From an uncultured Verrucomicrobiae bacterium (GTDB lineage Bacteria > Verrucomicrobiota > Verrucomicrobiia > Chthoniobacterales > Chthoniobacteraceae), in assembly GCA_963836755.1 (NCBI GenBank), contig CAWIKF010000003.1, positions 1 through 64,000 on the forward strand: a stretch of 64,000 bases of DNA. Direction: 5' to 3'. Shown one piece after another: positions 22,536-32,666 of this stretch. Below the pieces are notes generated by a model. That model searched no databases. It saw only the letters and a program-made list of their open reading frames with translations, and had not been told where the DNA came from. The position numbers and the translations under genes were made by a program. The first letter of the stretch is position 1. Each line of letters opens with the position of its first letter.

Positions 22536-22623
22536 AACAGACGCTGGTAAAAAGTTAACGCTGCGTGTGAGCGAGCGATGGGATGGGATTTACAACCTCC
22601 ACGGCGGCGGGCATGATTTCGCG

Positions 22624-23877
22624 ATGGAAAAAACCTCCTATTCCCTCGCTCAAGATTCCTACGCAGCGCTCGGCATCGACACCGAGGCGGCTCTGCAAAA
22701 ACTCGCCACCATCCCGATCTCCATCCATTGCTGGCAGGGCGACGACGTCGGCGGCTTCGAGCAGGCCGGCGGCGAGCTCGGCGGCGGCCTCGCCGTCACC
22801 GGCAACCATCCGGGCAAGGCGCGTTCGCTCGACGAGCTGCGCCAGGATCTCGACAAAACTTTTTCGCTCGTGCCCGGAAAACATCGGCTGAACCTGCATG
22901 CGATCTACGGCGATTTCGGTGGAAAAAAGATCGCGCGCGATGAGATCACCGTGGCGCATTTCCAGAGCTGGGTCGATTGGGCGAAAGCGCGCGGAGTCGG
23001 CCTCGATTTCAACGGCACGTTTTTCTCACATCCGCTTGCGGAGGACGGATTCACGCTCTCGCATTCCGATTCGAAAGTGCGCGAATTCTGGATCGAGCAC
23101 GGGAAGGCTGTGCGGCGTATTGGGGCAGCGATGGGCGAGCAACTGGGTAAAACTTGCGTTGCCAATGTGTGGATTCCTGATGGCTACAAAGATCAGCCGG
23201 TGGATCGCAAAGCGCCGCGCGAACGGCTCGCCGCGGCGCTGGATGAGCTTTTCGCTGAGCCGCTCAATCCGCGGCATCTCGTGGATGCGGTCGAGAGCAA
23301 ACTTTTTGGAATCGGCAGCGAAAGTTACGTCGTTGGCTCGCACGAATTTTACCTGGGCTATGCGGTGAAAAATCAAAAGACATATTGCCTCGACGCGGGG
23401 CACTTTCATCCCACCGAAAATCTCGCGGACAAAGTTTCTTCGATCCTGCAGTTCGTGCCGAATCTGCTTTTGCACGTCAGCCGCGGCGTTCGCTGGGACA
23501 GCGATCATGTGGTGCTTTTTGACGATGTTTTGAAGTCGATGATGGAGGAGGTCGTGCGCGGTGATTTTCTCGCGCGCACGTTCATCGGACTCGACTTTTT
23601 CGACGCGAGCATCAACCGGATCGCGGCGTGGACGATCGGCACGCGCAATGCGATCAAAGCCTTGCTGCAGGCTCTTTTGGAGCCGACGGACCAATTACGA
23701 CAACTGGAGATCGAGGGCGATTTCACGTCGCGGATCGTGCTTTTGGAAGAGGCGAAAACGCGTCCTTTCGGCGCCGTCTGGGATGAATATTGCCGTCGCA
23801 GCAATGTGCCTGTCGGGGCGGATTGGCTACAGGAAGTAAAATCTTACGAGCGCTCCACGCTCGCCGGCCGCAGCTGA
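22624..23877 (+). CDS. rhaA: L-rhamnose isomerase
   Basis: [51 protein letters not shown] and [12 protein letters not shown]. Confidence 0.96.
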   Translation: MEKTSYSLAQDSYAALGIDTEAALQKLATIPISIHCWQGDDVGGFEQAGGELGGGLAVTGNHPGKARSLDELRQDLDKTFSLVPGKHRLNLHAIYGDFGGKKIARDEITVAHFQSWVDWAKARGVGLDFNGTFFSHPLAEDGFTLSHSDSKVREFWIEHGKAVRRIGAAMGEQLGKTCVANVWIPDGYKDQPVDRKAPRERLAAALDELFAEPLNPRHLVDAVESKLFGIGSESYVVGSHEFYLGYAVKNQKTYCLDAGHFHPTENLADKVSSILQFVPNLLLHVSRGVRWDSDHVVLFDDVLKSMMEEVVRGDFLARTFIGLDFFDASINRIAAWTIGTRNAIKALLQALLEPTDQLRQLEIEGDFTSRIVLLEEAKTRPFGAVWDEYCRRSNVPVGADWLQEVKSYERSTLAGRS

Positions 23878-23980
23878 TCGTTTTTCGGCGCAGCCGGAGT
23901 CGTGGAATCTGACGCCGGCTACAAAATTTTGATCGCGAGCGTCCGCGATTTTTGACTTTCGTAAATTCTTTTCGCAACGC

Positions 23981-25147
23981 ATGGCTGGCCTCATCATCAA
24001 ACCGCGCACGCGCATTCTCCACGGACATGAATGGGTCTACGCGAGCGATGTGTTGAAGGCGTTCGGAGAGCCGCAGGACGGCGAGGTGGTGTCACTGAAG
24101 GATGGGCGCGATCATCTGCTCGGCTCGGCGATTTTCAACAGCCGCTCGCAAATCGTGGCGCGGCGTTTCTCGCGTCAGCGGCAGGATCTGGATCTCGATT
24201 TTTTCCAGAGGCGCATCGCGCAGGCGGTGGCGTATCGGGCGCGGCGCGGGGTGGATGCGAGGGCGTGCCGGCTGGTCTGGAGTGAAAGTGATGGGTTGCC
24301 GGGGGTAATCGTGGACCGGTATGGGGATGCGCTGGTGTTGCAAACGCTGACGCTGGCGATGGATCGGCGCATCGGGTTGATCGTGGAGGCGCTGCGGGCG
24401 GTGTGCGCGCCGGCGGTGATCGTGGAGCGGAATGACGCGCCGATCCGCCGCGCGGAGGGGATGGAGTTGCGGACGGGGGTGCTTTTCGGCGAGGCGCAGC
24501 CGGTGGAGCTGGAGCTGCTGGGGTTGCATTTCCGGATCGATCTTTTGCAGGGGCAGAAGACGGGGTTTTATCTGGATCAAATGGATAACTACCGGGCGGT
24601 GGCGGCGTGGGCGACTGGGCGGCGGGTGCTGGATTGTTTTGCGAACCAGGGGGCGTTCGCGCTGGCTTGTGCAAAGGCGGGGGCGGGCGCGGTGACGGCG
24701 GTGGAAATCAGCGCGGAGGCCGTGGTGCGGATCGGCGAGAACGCGGCGCGCAACGGACTGGCGGTGGAAGCGCTGGAGGCGAATGTGTTCGATTTTCTCA
24801 AGAAGCAGGAAGCTGCGGGCGCGCTCTATGATTTGATCGTGCTCGATCCGCCGTCGTTCACGAAGTCGAAGGGGAAGCTGCAGGACGCGATGCGCGGCTA
24901 CAAGGAGATCCATCTGCGCGCGCTGAAGCTGCTGGCGCCGGATGGATTGCTGGCGACTTTTTCGTGTTCGCATCACGTGACCAGCGAGCTTTTCAAGGAG
25001 ATGATCATCGACGCGCTGGTCGACGCGAAAAAGTCCGCGCGGCAGTTGCGGACACTGCAGCAAAGCGCCGATCATCCGATTCTGGCGAGCCTGCCGGAGA
25101 CGGAGTATTTGAAAGGTTTCGTGCTCGAGCTTGCGCCGGGACGCTAG
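23981..25147 (+). CDS. rlmI: RlmI-like class I SAM-dependent rRNA methyltransferase
   Basis: PUA-like GHEWVY, SESDGLPG..VDRY, GQKTGFYLDQ, LDPPSF, FSCS and DHP...PETEYLK. Confidence 0.88.
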   Translation: MAGLIIKPRTRILHGHEWVYASDVLKAFGEPQDGEVVSLKDGRDHLLGSAIFNSRSQIVARRFSRQRQDLDLDFFQRRIAQAVAYRARRGVDARACRLVWSESDGLPGVIVDRYGDALVLQTLTLAMDRRIGLIVEALRAVCAPAVIVERNDAPIRRAEGMELRTGVLFGEAQPVELELLGLHFRIDLLQGQKTGFYLDQMDNYRAVAAWATGRRVLDCFANQGAFALACAKAGAGAVTAVEISAEAVVRIGENAARNGLAVEALEANVFDFLKKQEAAGALYDLIVLDPPSFTKSKGKLQDAMRGYKEIHLRALKLLAPDGLLATFSCSHHVTSELFKEMIIDALVDAKKSARQLRTLQQSADHPILASLPETEYLKGFVLELAPGR

Positions 25148-27204
25148 GTTTCGCGCGGGCTGGCGGGATATCGCAGCCAGCAACGCAGCACCTCCGCCAC
25201 GCTCCACGCCTGCGCGATGCAGCCACGGGCTGTGTGTGGTTTTTCGGCGTCAAAAACTTCGCTGATCGTGCCAAGGCCGGCCTCGTCGAGCTCGGCGCGA
25301 AAGCCTTCGAGAAAGCCGTGCGCGCTGCTCTCGCGGTCGGGATGCGTCTTGACCCACGCGTCGATGAACGGCCCGATGAGCCATGCCCAGACGGTGCCTT
25401 GATGATATGCGGCATCGCGGCTGCGGAGGTCGCCGTGGTAGTTCGGCTGATAGTCAGGATTTTCCGGTGACAGCGAGCGGAGGCCGACAGGCGTGAGGAG
25501 TTTTTCCTCCACAGTTTTGACGACAGCGACCCAGTGTTCCCGGTCCAGCACGGGATGATCGAGAGAGATTGCAAAGATCTGGTTCGGACGGCATGCGGAG
25601 TCATCCGAGCCGTTTGGGCAATCGACGACATCGTAAAGGTAACCGCCATCTGCGAACCAAAAACGTTGATTAAACGATTGCTGGCACTGTGCAGCAGCCG
25701 CGGCGTAGCGTTCTGCGCGCGGATCGCTCTCCTCGCGTAGCCACCGCGCGAGCTGCGAGAGGGCGTTGAACCAAAGCGCGTTGATCTCCACAGCTTTGCC
25801 GCGACGCGGCGTCACGACCCAATCGCCCATTTTGGCATCCATCCACGTCAGCTGGTAACCTTCCGAGCCCTGGCACAAAAGTCCGTCAGCGGGATCGACA
25901 TGAATGTTAAACAAAGTGCCAGCAAGGTGCTTGTCGGCAATATTGCACAAAACCGGCAGCAGCAGCTTCAAAGTAGGACGGTCGCCCGTGACATCGAGGT
26001 AGCGGCGCAGCGCGTGGAAATACCAGAGCGTCGCGTCGGCCGTGTGGTAAAGCCCTTCTTGGCCGCCGTCGGGAAACATGTTCGGGATCAAACCCTCGTG
26101 AACGTAATGTGCAAAAGTGCGCAGGATGTAGCCGGCCTCGAGCCCGCGGCCGGTCGCGAGCGTGAGGCCCTCGAGCGAGATCATCGTGTCGCGACCCCAA
26201 TCGGTAAACCAATGATAACCGGCGATGACAGTGCGAACTTCGTCGCCCGCGGCATGCGCCCGCGCAGCTTCCTCAGCGCGGCCCGCCGGCGTCGTGATGA
26301 ATTGATCCGCGGCAAGCACAAGCTCCGCGGCGATGCCGTGACAGCCGCCGGGCGCGGCCGCATCGAGCAAACATTGACGCCGATGCTGCTCGGCATTGCG
26401 AGCTTCCTCGGGCGCGAGCGAGTCGATCGTTTTCCAAGTCTCAGTCGATGCGACAAGCGTCGCCGCCTTTTCAGCATCGAGCCGCAATTGGAAAAAACCG
26501 GGGCTCCACAAATCGCCAACAAATTCGTAGCCGCGCTCTTCCTCGAGCCGATAGACGACGCGGTGAATTTTGCCCGTGCGAATGGTGAAATGCGATTCGG
26601 CGTCGCACACGCGCAGGCGCACCGGCGGCAGCTCCGTGTGCATCGAGCTGATTTCGTAGCGGTCCTCCACAGCGGTAATTTTATACGGTGAGACGTGCCC
26701 TTCACTTACCGGCGTCTCGTGATGGCGGAAGTGAAATGCCGGCCGCAGCTCGATCCGCGGAATTTTTCCTTCACTCGAGAGGATGCGATAGGAAATGTGC
26801 ACCGTGTTTTGCTGGTGCGGGATGAGGATGCGCTTTTCCAAAACAATGTTACGCACCTTGAAAATCCAAACCGGCAGTCCCCATTCGAGCCGGAACTCAC
26901 TCAACACATCCGCGCCGTGCAGGTCGAGCTGGCCACCCGCGCGCTCCTCGCCGCCGAGCGACACAACGTCGTCCTCACTGAAATGGAGATGCTCAGAGAG
27001 ATGATTAAACATCACCGTGCGGCCGTGCGGCGCCGGTAGCGCGGCAACGAGTATGCCGTGATACCGCCGCGTGATGGCGCCGGAGACCGTGCCCGACGAG
27101 TAGCCGCCGAGGCCGTTGGTGACGAGCCATTCGCGAGAGAGCAAATTTTCACGGCCGGCGTCGCTACCATCCCACTTTAAAATGCGCGTGTGCGGATCGG
27201 GCAT
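25144..27204 (-). CDS. Amylo-alpha-1,6-glucosidase (glycogen debranching enzyme, GH133-like)
   Basis: REWLVTNGLGGY, RRYHG, IAGYHWFTDWGRDTMIS, QLTWMDAK, YHQGTVW and AQAWSVAE. Confidence 0.92.
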   Translation of the reverse strand: MPDPHTRILKWDGSDAGRENLLSREWLVTNGLGGYSSGTVSGAITRRYHGILVAALPAPHGRTVMFNHLSEHLHFSEDDVVSLGGEERAGGQLDLHGADVLSEFRLEWGLPVWIFKVRNIVLEKRILIPHQQNTVHISYRILSSEGKIPRIELRPAFHFRHHETPVSEGHVSPYKITAVEDRYEISSMHTELPPVRLRVCDAESHFTIRTGKIHRVVYRLEEERGYEFVGDLWSPGFFQLRLDAEKAATLVASTETWKTIDSLAPEEARNAEQHRRQCLLDAAAPGGCHGIAAELVLAADQFITTPAGRAEEAARAHAAGDEVRTVIAGYHWFTDWGRDTMISLEGLTLATGRGLEAGYILRTFAHYVHEGLIPNMFPDGGQEGLYHTADATLWYFHALRRYLDVTGDRPTLKLLLPVLCNIADKHLAGTLFNIHVDPADGLLCQGSEGYQLTWMDAKMGDWVVTPRRGKAVEINALWFNALSQLARWLREESDPRAERYAAAAAQCQQSFNQRFWFADGGYLYDVVDCPNGSDDSACRPNQIFAISLDHPVLDREHWVAVVKTVEEKLLTPVGLRSLSPENPDYQPNYHGDLRSRDAAYHQGTVWAWLIGPFIDAWVKTHPDRESSAHGFLEGFRAELDEAGLGTISEVFDAEKPHTARGCIAQAWSVAEVLRCWLRYPASPRET

Positions 27205-27206
27205 GC

Positions 27207-29102
27207 TTATTTTTTCGGGATTGCCCGCGGATGCAACGCCAGAGCGGCTTCGGCGGGAATTCTCCACACATTATTCTCGTCCTCCGGCGGCACCATTCCC
27301 GGCCCGCCATAGCGCGGCAACTCGCTGGTCCAAAGCGTATCCCAACGTTTGTTTAATGGCGGAGCGAGCAGCGGCTCCGGCGCGGAAACCAATTCCAAAC
27401 TCATTCCAAAATTGACGAGGAGCAGTCGATCGTCGCCATCATTTTTCTCCGAAAAATAACGGAGCACGAACGCGTGCGCGCCGAGCACCGCGCCATCCAC
27501 GCCGCCGCGACGCTGCTCGGAAAAGCGCGCGTCCTCGCGGCGCAAGCGCAGCAAATCAGCGTGAAGCGCGTATGCCGCCGCGTGCGATTTGCGTTCGCGC
27601 AAATCAAGTTTCGAGCGCTCGAACGTCTTTAGATCAGCCGGCCGCGCGAGCTGGTTTCGCGTATCGTCGCTGGCGATACTTGGAAACTGGCTGAGAAATT
27701 TCACGCGCCCCTCGTGGACATAGTCGTGCAGCTTTTCGTTAAGATCGTTGAAATAAAAGAACGGCGACGACGCGCCGAATTCCTGCCCTTGAAAAAGCAT
27801 CGGAGTCCACGGCCCGAGCAGCAGCAGCGTCGTCATCGCGCGGAAACGGCCGGGAGAAGTGTTTGCTCCGACGCGCTGGCCGAAGCCGGTATTCGCGACC
27901 TGATCATGATTCTCGAGAAATCCGATGAACGCAGCCGGCTCGACGTTCAGCGAAGGCGTGCCGCGACGTTTTTTTTGCCAGCGGTAATTTTGACCCTGAT
28001 ACAAAAAGCCTCGTTTCGCGCACGAAACAAATTCCTGCGGCGAGCCTCGATAATCGGTGTAATACGCTTCAGTCCTGCCCGTCAACGCGACGAGCGCGGT
28101 GTGGTGAAAATCATCATTCCAAAGCGCGTCGAGCCCGTGGCCGCCTTGATCCACGGGCAAAATGAGATGCGAATCCTGTGGTTCATTTTCGCCGACGAAA
28201 AACAATGCGCGCTTTCCTGCAGCCTTGCGCGCGGCGTTGGAGATCGACGCCAAAATCGGCTCGTCCGATGCGTCAAAAATTGCCTGCGTCGCATCAAAAC
28301 GGAACCCGTCAAAATGAAATTCGGTGATCCAGTAACAGGCGTTCGTGATGAAAAATTCCCGCACAGGCGCGGAATTTTTGCCGTCAAAGTTGAACGGCTC
28401 GCCCCACTCGCACTCGTAGCGGTCGGAAAAATATTCGTCGGCAAAGTTTCTAAAAAAATTCCCGTCCGGCCCGACGTGATTGTAAACGACGTCAAGGATC
28501 ACGCCGATTCCCGCGGCATGCGCTTCGTTGATGAAATGGCGAAGATCATCCGGCGAACCGTAACCGCAGTATGGCGCAAAAAGCCCAGCGCCGTCATAAC
28601 CCCAACCGAACTTTCCGGGGAAATCATTCACCGGCATCATCTCGATGACCGTCACGCCGAGGCGCGCAAGCTCGTTTAATTCGCGCGCCGCAGCCTGCCA
28701 CGTTCCCGCCGGCGTAAACGTGCCGACGTGCATTTCATAAAGCACCTGGCCGCGCTTTTCGATGCCGCGCCATTTTCCGTCACTCCACGCGAAGGCTGAT
28801 GAATCCACGATCTGCGAGGGACCATGCGCGCTCTCCGGCTGGAAACGCGAAGCGAGGTCAGGCAACAATTCCTTCCCGCCGTCGAGTCGAATACGATAGC
28901 GGGTTCCTGCGCCGACGTTCGCTTCGCCGGAAAAATACCCGCCCTTCTCGCGCGCGAGTTTGCACGTTGACCCCGCGGAATCTTCCAATACCACTTCCAC
29001 TTTTTTCGCCTTTGGCGCCCATACCCGGAAGCTCGTTTTGTCGGCATCCAGAAGTTCGGCGCCGATTGGGAACCGTCGCGCGGTTTGTGATGCTTTTGGC
29101 AT
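27207..29102 (-). CDS. treZ: Malto-oligosyltrehalose trehalohydrolase (GH13)
   Basis: FRVWAP, YEMHVGTFT, WGYDG, DVVYNH.GPDGN, GFRFDATQ, WNDDFHH and ENHDQ. Confidence 0.9.
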   Translation of the reverse strand: MPKASQTARRFPIGAELLDADKTSFRVWAPKAKKVEVVLEDSAGSTCKLAREKGGYFSGEANVGAGTRYRIRLDGGKELLPDLASRFQPESAHGPSQIVDSSAFAWSDGKWRGIEKRGQVLYEMHVGTFTPAGTWQAAARELNELARLGVTVIEMMPVNDFPGKFGWGYDGAGLFAPYCGYGSPDDLRHFINEAHAAGIGVILDVVYNHVGPDGNFFRNFADEYFSDRYECEWGEPFNFDGKNSAPVREFFITNACYWITEFHFDGFRFDATQAIFDASDEPILASISNAARKAAGKRALFFVGENEPQDSHLILPVDQGGHGLDALWNDDFHHTALVALTGRTEAYYTDYRGSPQEFVSCAKRGFLYQGQNYRWQKKRRGTPSLNVEPAAFIGFLENHDQVANTGFGQRVGANTSPGRFRAMTTLLLLGPWTPMLFQGQEFGASSPFFYFNDLNEKLHDYVHEGRVKFLSQFPSIASDDTRNQLARPADLKTFERSKLDLRERKSHAAAYALHADLLRLRREDARFSEQRRGGVDGAVLGAHAFVLRYFSEKNDGDDRLLLVNFGMSLELVSAPEPLLAPPLNKRWDTLWTSELPRYGGPGMVPPEDENNVWRIPAEAALALHPRAIPKK

Positions 29103-29252
29103 TTTCAGTTTACCATCGCGCCTGTTTTGTAAGCTTCAAAAGTTCTGCCGTTAATTCCGACAACGTCGTGAGGAAAGCCACGCCGATCACCATTCCCACA
29201 CGACCGGCATGGCTTTTCCAAGCTTAACAATTCTTTCGCTAATGCCGGATTT

Positions 29253-29747
29253 CTATTCGTCGCCTGCCTCGGCATTCACCGCCGTTTCGGCTAGCTCCGT
29301 CAGTTTCTCGTCAGTCTCTTTTTCCTCCTCCAAAGTCTCGGAAAGAATCTCCGCGATGTCGTCGTGGCCGAGATGCTCCGCGAGCGCGCGGGCAGTGCCG
29401 TAGCCAGCGATTTCATAATGCTCGACGCGCTGCGCCGCACCGATCAGGCCAGCATCGCGCACGGAATCTTCCGCATCTTCGTCGATCATCCCCGCGCCTT
29501 CCTCGACAAGGCCTTCCATCGCTTTGCATTTCACGCCGGTGAGTTTTTTGCCGAGCTGCTCGCCGATTTTGTCGAGCCGCTCGACATGCTCGCGCGTCTG
29601 CTCCAAATGTTCTTCAAAGCCTGCCTTGAGTTCTTCGTTAGTCGCGGCTTTGGCCATTTTCGCCAGCGCTTTCACGAGTTGATTCTCGGCGCTGTAGAGA
29701 TCCTTGAGTTCATGCAGAAATAAGTCTTCGAGTGATTTGAGTTTCAT
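29253..29747 (-). CDS. YciE/YciF (DUF892) ferritin-like stress protein
   Basis: LKDLYSAENQL, HLEQT..HV.RL, CKAMEGLVEEG, AAQRVEHYEIA.YG and TL.EEK.TD..L. Confidence 0.93.
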   Translation of the reverse strand: MKLKSLEDLFLHELKDLYSAENQLVKALAKMAKAATNEELKAGFEEHLEQTREHVERLDKIGEQLGKKLTGVKCKAMEGLVEEGAGMIDEDAEDSVRDAGLIGAAQRVEHYEIAGYGTARALAEHLGHDDIAEILSETLEEEKETDEKLTELAETAVNAEAGDE

Positions 29748-29867
29748 AGTGAAAGGCTTTCGCATGCGGCCGATTCGTTGGACGCGTATTTCATCGCGCC
29801 TGTCGTGAATCACGCGAACTCCTTTAAAAAAAAGGCGCGAATCTTCGCGGGCTCGCGAAATGAAGAG

Positions 29868-30914
29868 ATGCGAAAAGCTGATCCGGCGCTCGCGATTCAT
29901 CCGCCGCTGCCGCCCATGGAAGCGGAGTCGGTGGAAAAAATTCCCGAGGGCGATGAGTGGCGATACGAACCAAAATGGGATGGCTTTCGCTGCATCGCGT
30001 TTCGCGAGGAAGACTCGGTCGAGCTGCAATCAAAATCATCGCAGCCGCTCGCCCGCTACTTTCCGGAGCTTGTTGAAGCGCTGCTGGAAATTTCCGCGAA
30101 GTGCTTCGTGCTCGATGGCGAAATCGCCATTCCCGAGGGCAGCGGCTTTTCATTCGATGCGCTTTTGCAGCGTATTCATCCGGCCGCGTCGCGCGTGCAG
30201 CGGCTCTCGCGCGAGACTCCCGCGATCTACGTCGTTTTCGATTTGCTCGCGGATGAAAATGGCGAGTCATTGCTCGCGAAGCCGCTCGCAGAAAGGCGCG
30301 AGCGGCTGGAGGCCTTTGCGAAAAAGTTTCTCAAGTCACACAAAAGCATCCGCCTTTCGCCCGCGACCCACCTGCTCTCGCACGCGAAAAAGTGGCTCGC
30401 GCACACGGGCGCCACGCTCGACGGCATCATCGCGAAACGCCGCGACCTCGACTATCGATCCGGCGACCGCGACGGGATGCAAAAAATCAAAAACTATCGC
30501 AGCGCCGATTGCGTCGTCGGCGGATTTCGCTACGCGACTGGCTCGCGAGCAGTCGGTTCGCTGCTCCTCGGCCTCTACGATTCCAGCGGTTTGCTGAATC
30601 ACGTCGGCTTCACTTCCTCAATCGCCAAGGCAGATCGCGCGGAGCTCACGAAGAAGCTTGAGGCGCACATTTCGCCGCCAGGCTTCACCGGCGACAAACC
30701 CGGCGGTCCGAGTCGTTGGAATGGCGGCAAAGAGAAAAAGTGGGAGCCGCTCAAGCCGGAACTCGTCATCGAAGTCAGCTACGACCACGTCACCGGCGGC
30801 CGTTTTCGCCACGGCACAAAACTGCTGCGATGGCGTCCAGACAAGGCTCCGCGGCAATGCACGATGGAGCAGCTCGCGCAAAAAGGTGCCAATCTTCTCG
30901 ACCTGCTGCGCTAA
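29868..30914 (+). CDS. ATP-dependent DNA ligase (LigC-like)
   Basis: YEPKWDGFR adenylation motif, LDGEI, FDLL, DG.IAKR, SLLLGLY, PSRW and RFRH...RWRPDK. Confidence 0.92.
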   Translation: MRKADPALAIHPPLPPMEAESVEKIPEGDEWRYEPKWDGFRCIAFREEDSVELQSKSSQPLARYFPELVEALLEISAKCFVLDGEIAIPEGSGFSFDALLQRIHPAASRVQRLSRETPAIYVVFDLLADENGESLLAKPLAERRERLEAFAKKFLKSHKSIRLSPATHLLSHAKKWLAHTGATLDGIIAKRRDLDYRSGDRDGMQKIKNYRSADCVVGGFRYATGSRAVGSLLLGLYDSSGLLNHVGFTSSIAKADRAELTKKLEAHISPPGFTGDKPGGPSRWNGGKEKKWEPLKPELVIEVSYDHVTGGRFRHGTKLLRWRPDKAPRQCTMEQLAQKGANLLDLLR

Positions 30915-30931
30915 GTTTTCCGCGATTTCCG

Positions 30932-32047
30932 CTATTTCCGTTGCGAGGAATTGCGCGGACGCGTCTGCGCTTTCAACCGGCGCTGCAACAGCGTGAGCAC
31001 CGCCGCTTCGTCCGGCCGCAGTTTTGAAAGCTGGCGATCAACCTTCTCCGACGCCCGCTGACGAATCGTTTCAATGGTTCCGCCATCGAGATACGACTCG
31101 AAAATTTTCGGGTGCACGTAACATTTGCGACAGACGGCAGGCGTGTTCCCAAGCATCTTCGCGACCGCTTCGACCGCGGTGACGATATTCTTTTTCGCCT
31201 CCGTCGCATGTTGCACTTTGTCGAACTCTCGCAAGGCAACCGCGGCGAGCACCGTGCCGGCCCACGTGCGGAAATCCTTCGCTGTGAAATCCTCGCCGCA
31301 AATTGCCCGAAGGTAATCGTTCACATCCTGCGAGCTCACGTCGCGCGGCTCGCCGCTTTCATCCTCGTAAACAAAAAGTTCCTGCCCCGGCATGTCCTGA
31401 CAGCGCCGGACGATGCGCGCGAGCTGCGGGTCGCGAAGGCTGATTTCATGCCGCTTCCCGCTCTTTCCACGAAAGGCGAACTCGATTTTTTCGCCGGCGA
31501 CATGCACGTGTCGATTCCGCATCGTCGTCAAGCCATACGACGAATTTTGACGCGCATATTCGTCGTTGCCCACGCGGATCAAAGTTGTCTCCAGCAGGCG
31601 CACGACGGTCGCCAGAACTTTTTCCCGCGGCATTCCGCGGCGCGCTAAATCGCGCCGCACGCGCTGGCGAATGCGCGGCAGCACACGCGCGAATTTCATC
31701 ATGTGCCCAAATTTGTCCTCGTCGCGAACTGCGCGCCATCGGGGATGGTAGCGGTATTGCTTGCGGCCGCGCGCGTCGCGGCCCGTCGCTTGAAGATGAT
31801 CGTTGTTGTGAAGGCTAATCCAAACCCCAGTCCAAGCCGGCGGAATCACAAGACGCTTGATGCGCGCGAGCGTCTCCTCGTCTTTCACGCGTTTCCCATC
31901 GGGCAAAAAATACGCAAAGTTTTTCCCCTGTTTCTGACGACGGATTCCGGGTTTCGTATCATTTGAATAACGAAGTCCCGCCTCACGCGCCTCGCTCGCG
32001 AGCGCGGCCACAAAAGGGTTCGCGCCGTTCTGCAACAATTTTGCCAT
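30932..32047 (-). CDS. Bacterial DNA topoisomerase IB
   Basis: IPPAW..VWI, GRDARGRKQYRYH, IRVGN, F.GKSG, KDFRTW and LGNTPAVCRKCYVHP with the catalytic Tyr. Confidence 0.93.
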   Translation of the reverse strand: MAKLLQNGANPFVAALASEAREAGLRYSNDTKPGIRRQKQGKNFAYFLPDGKRVKDEETLARIKRLVIPPAWTGVWISLHNNDHLQATGRDARGRKQYRYHPRWRAVRDEDKFGHMMKFARVLPRIRQRVRRDLARRGMPREKVLATVVRLLETTLIRVGNDEYARQNSSYGLTTMRNRHVHVAGEKIEFAFRGKSGKRHEISLRDPQLARIVRRCQDMPGQELFVYEDESGEPRDVSSQDVNDYLRAICGEDFTAKDFRTWAGTVLAAVALREFDKVQHATEAKKNIVTAVEAVAKMLGNTPAVCRKCYVHPKIFESYLDGGTIETIRQRASEKVDRQLSKLRPDEAAVLTLLQRRLKAQTRPRNSSQRK

Positions 32048-32640
32048 CACTCGATTTCGAAAGTGACCTCATCGGATGGACGCGTGTCTGCCTTTGAAAA
32101 TCGCGCCATGTGCTCGAGCGCAAAATCATTTTCGCGCTTCGTGTTCGAGACGATGCAATCGCGCGGGACGCTGATTTCATAGTCGCGCATGTATGCGTCG
32201 TTTGCCGTGTAAAGGACGCAGATGTTTCCGGCGATTCCCGTCAAAATCAACCGACGCGCACCAAGGTTTTCCAATAGGATTCCGAGCGTTGTCGAATAGA
32301 AGCCGGAGTGCTTCGGCTTGAGCACGAAATAATCGTCGCGTCCGGGCCGAAGCCTTTCCACAAGTGGCTTCCCGGGCACACCGTCGCGCAGACAGTGATC
32401 GATCTGCCGGCTGAAATCGCTCCGCCAGCGGCCGAAGTTATCGTTAACGTAAATGACCGGAATTCCAGCCGCTGCCGCGCGCTCTTTGAGGGCGAGCAGC
32501 GGCTCCGCCATTTCCTGCGCGGCGGTGACAATTTCTTCGTTGTCAGGAAAATCTAGATCGTTGATCACGTCGATTAGCAGCAGTGCGAGCGGAGATTTTT
32601 CCGGTGCGTCGCCGTGAAGATTTTCATTTTTCGTGGGCAT
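32047..32640 (-). CDS. Isochorismatase family cysteine hydrolase
   Basis: ALLLIDVIND, KPKHSGF and LTGIAGNICVLYTA.DA; D-K-C triad present. Confidence 0.9.
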   Translation of the reverse strand: MPTKNENLHGDAPEKSPLALLLIDVINDLDFPDNEEIVTAAQEMAEPLLALKERAAAAGIPVIYVNDNFGRWRSDFSRQIDHCLRDGVPGKPLVERLRPGRDDYFVLKPKHSGFYSTTLGILLENLGARRLILTGIAGNICVLYTANDAYMRDYEISVPRDCIVSNTKRENDFALEHMARFSKADTRPSDEVTFEIE

Positions 32641-32666
32641 CCGGCGCGGCGACTGAAGTCAAAATC

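Noticed and set aside
23892..23920. Hairpin AGCCGG-A-GTC...GAC-G-CCGGCT after rhaA
   Set aside because: There is no adjacent U-tract and no second copy was noticed, so it cannot be supported as a terminator or REP element.
29103..29252. Small ORFs in the treZ-DUF892 gap
   Set aside because: The frames lack convincing starts or recognisable features.
29253..29747. DUF892 protein ending in GDE as a possible Pup-like tag for the PafA-like ligase
   Set aside because: It is a folded ferritin-like protein about 6 kb away, lacks the GGE/GGQ terminus, and has no supporting link.
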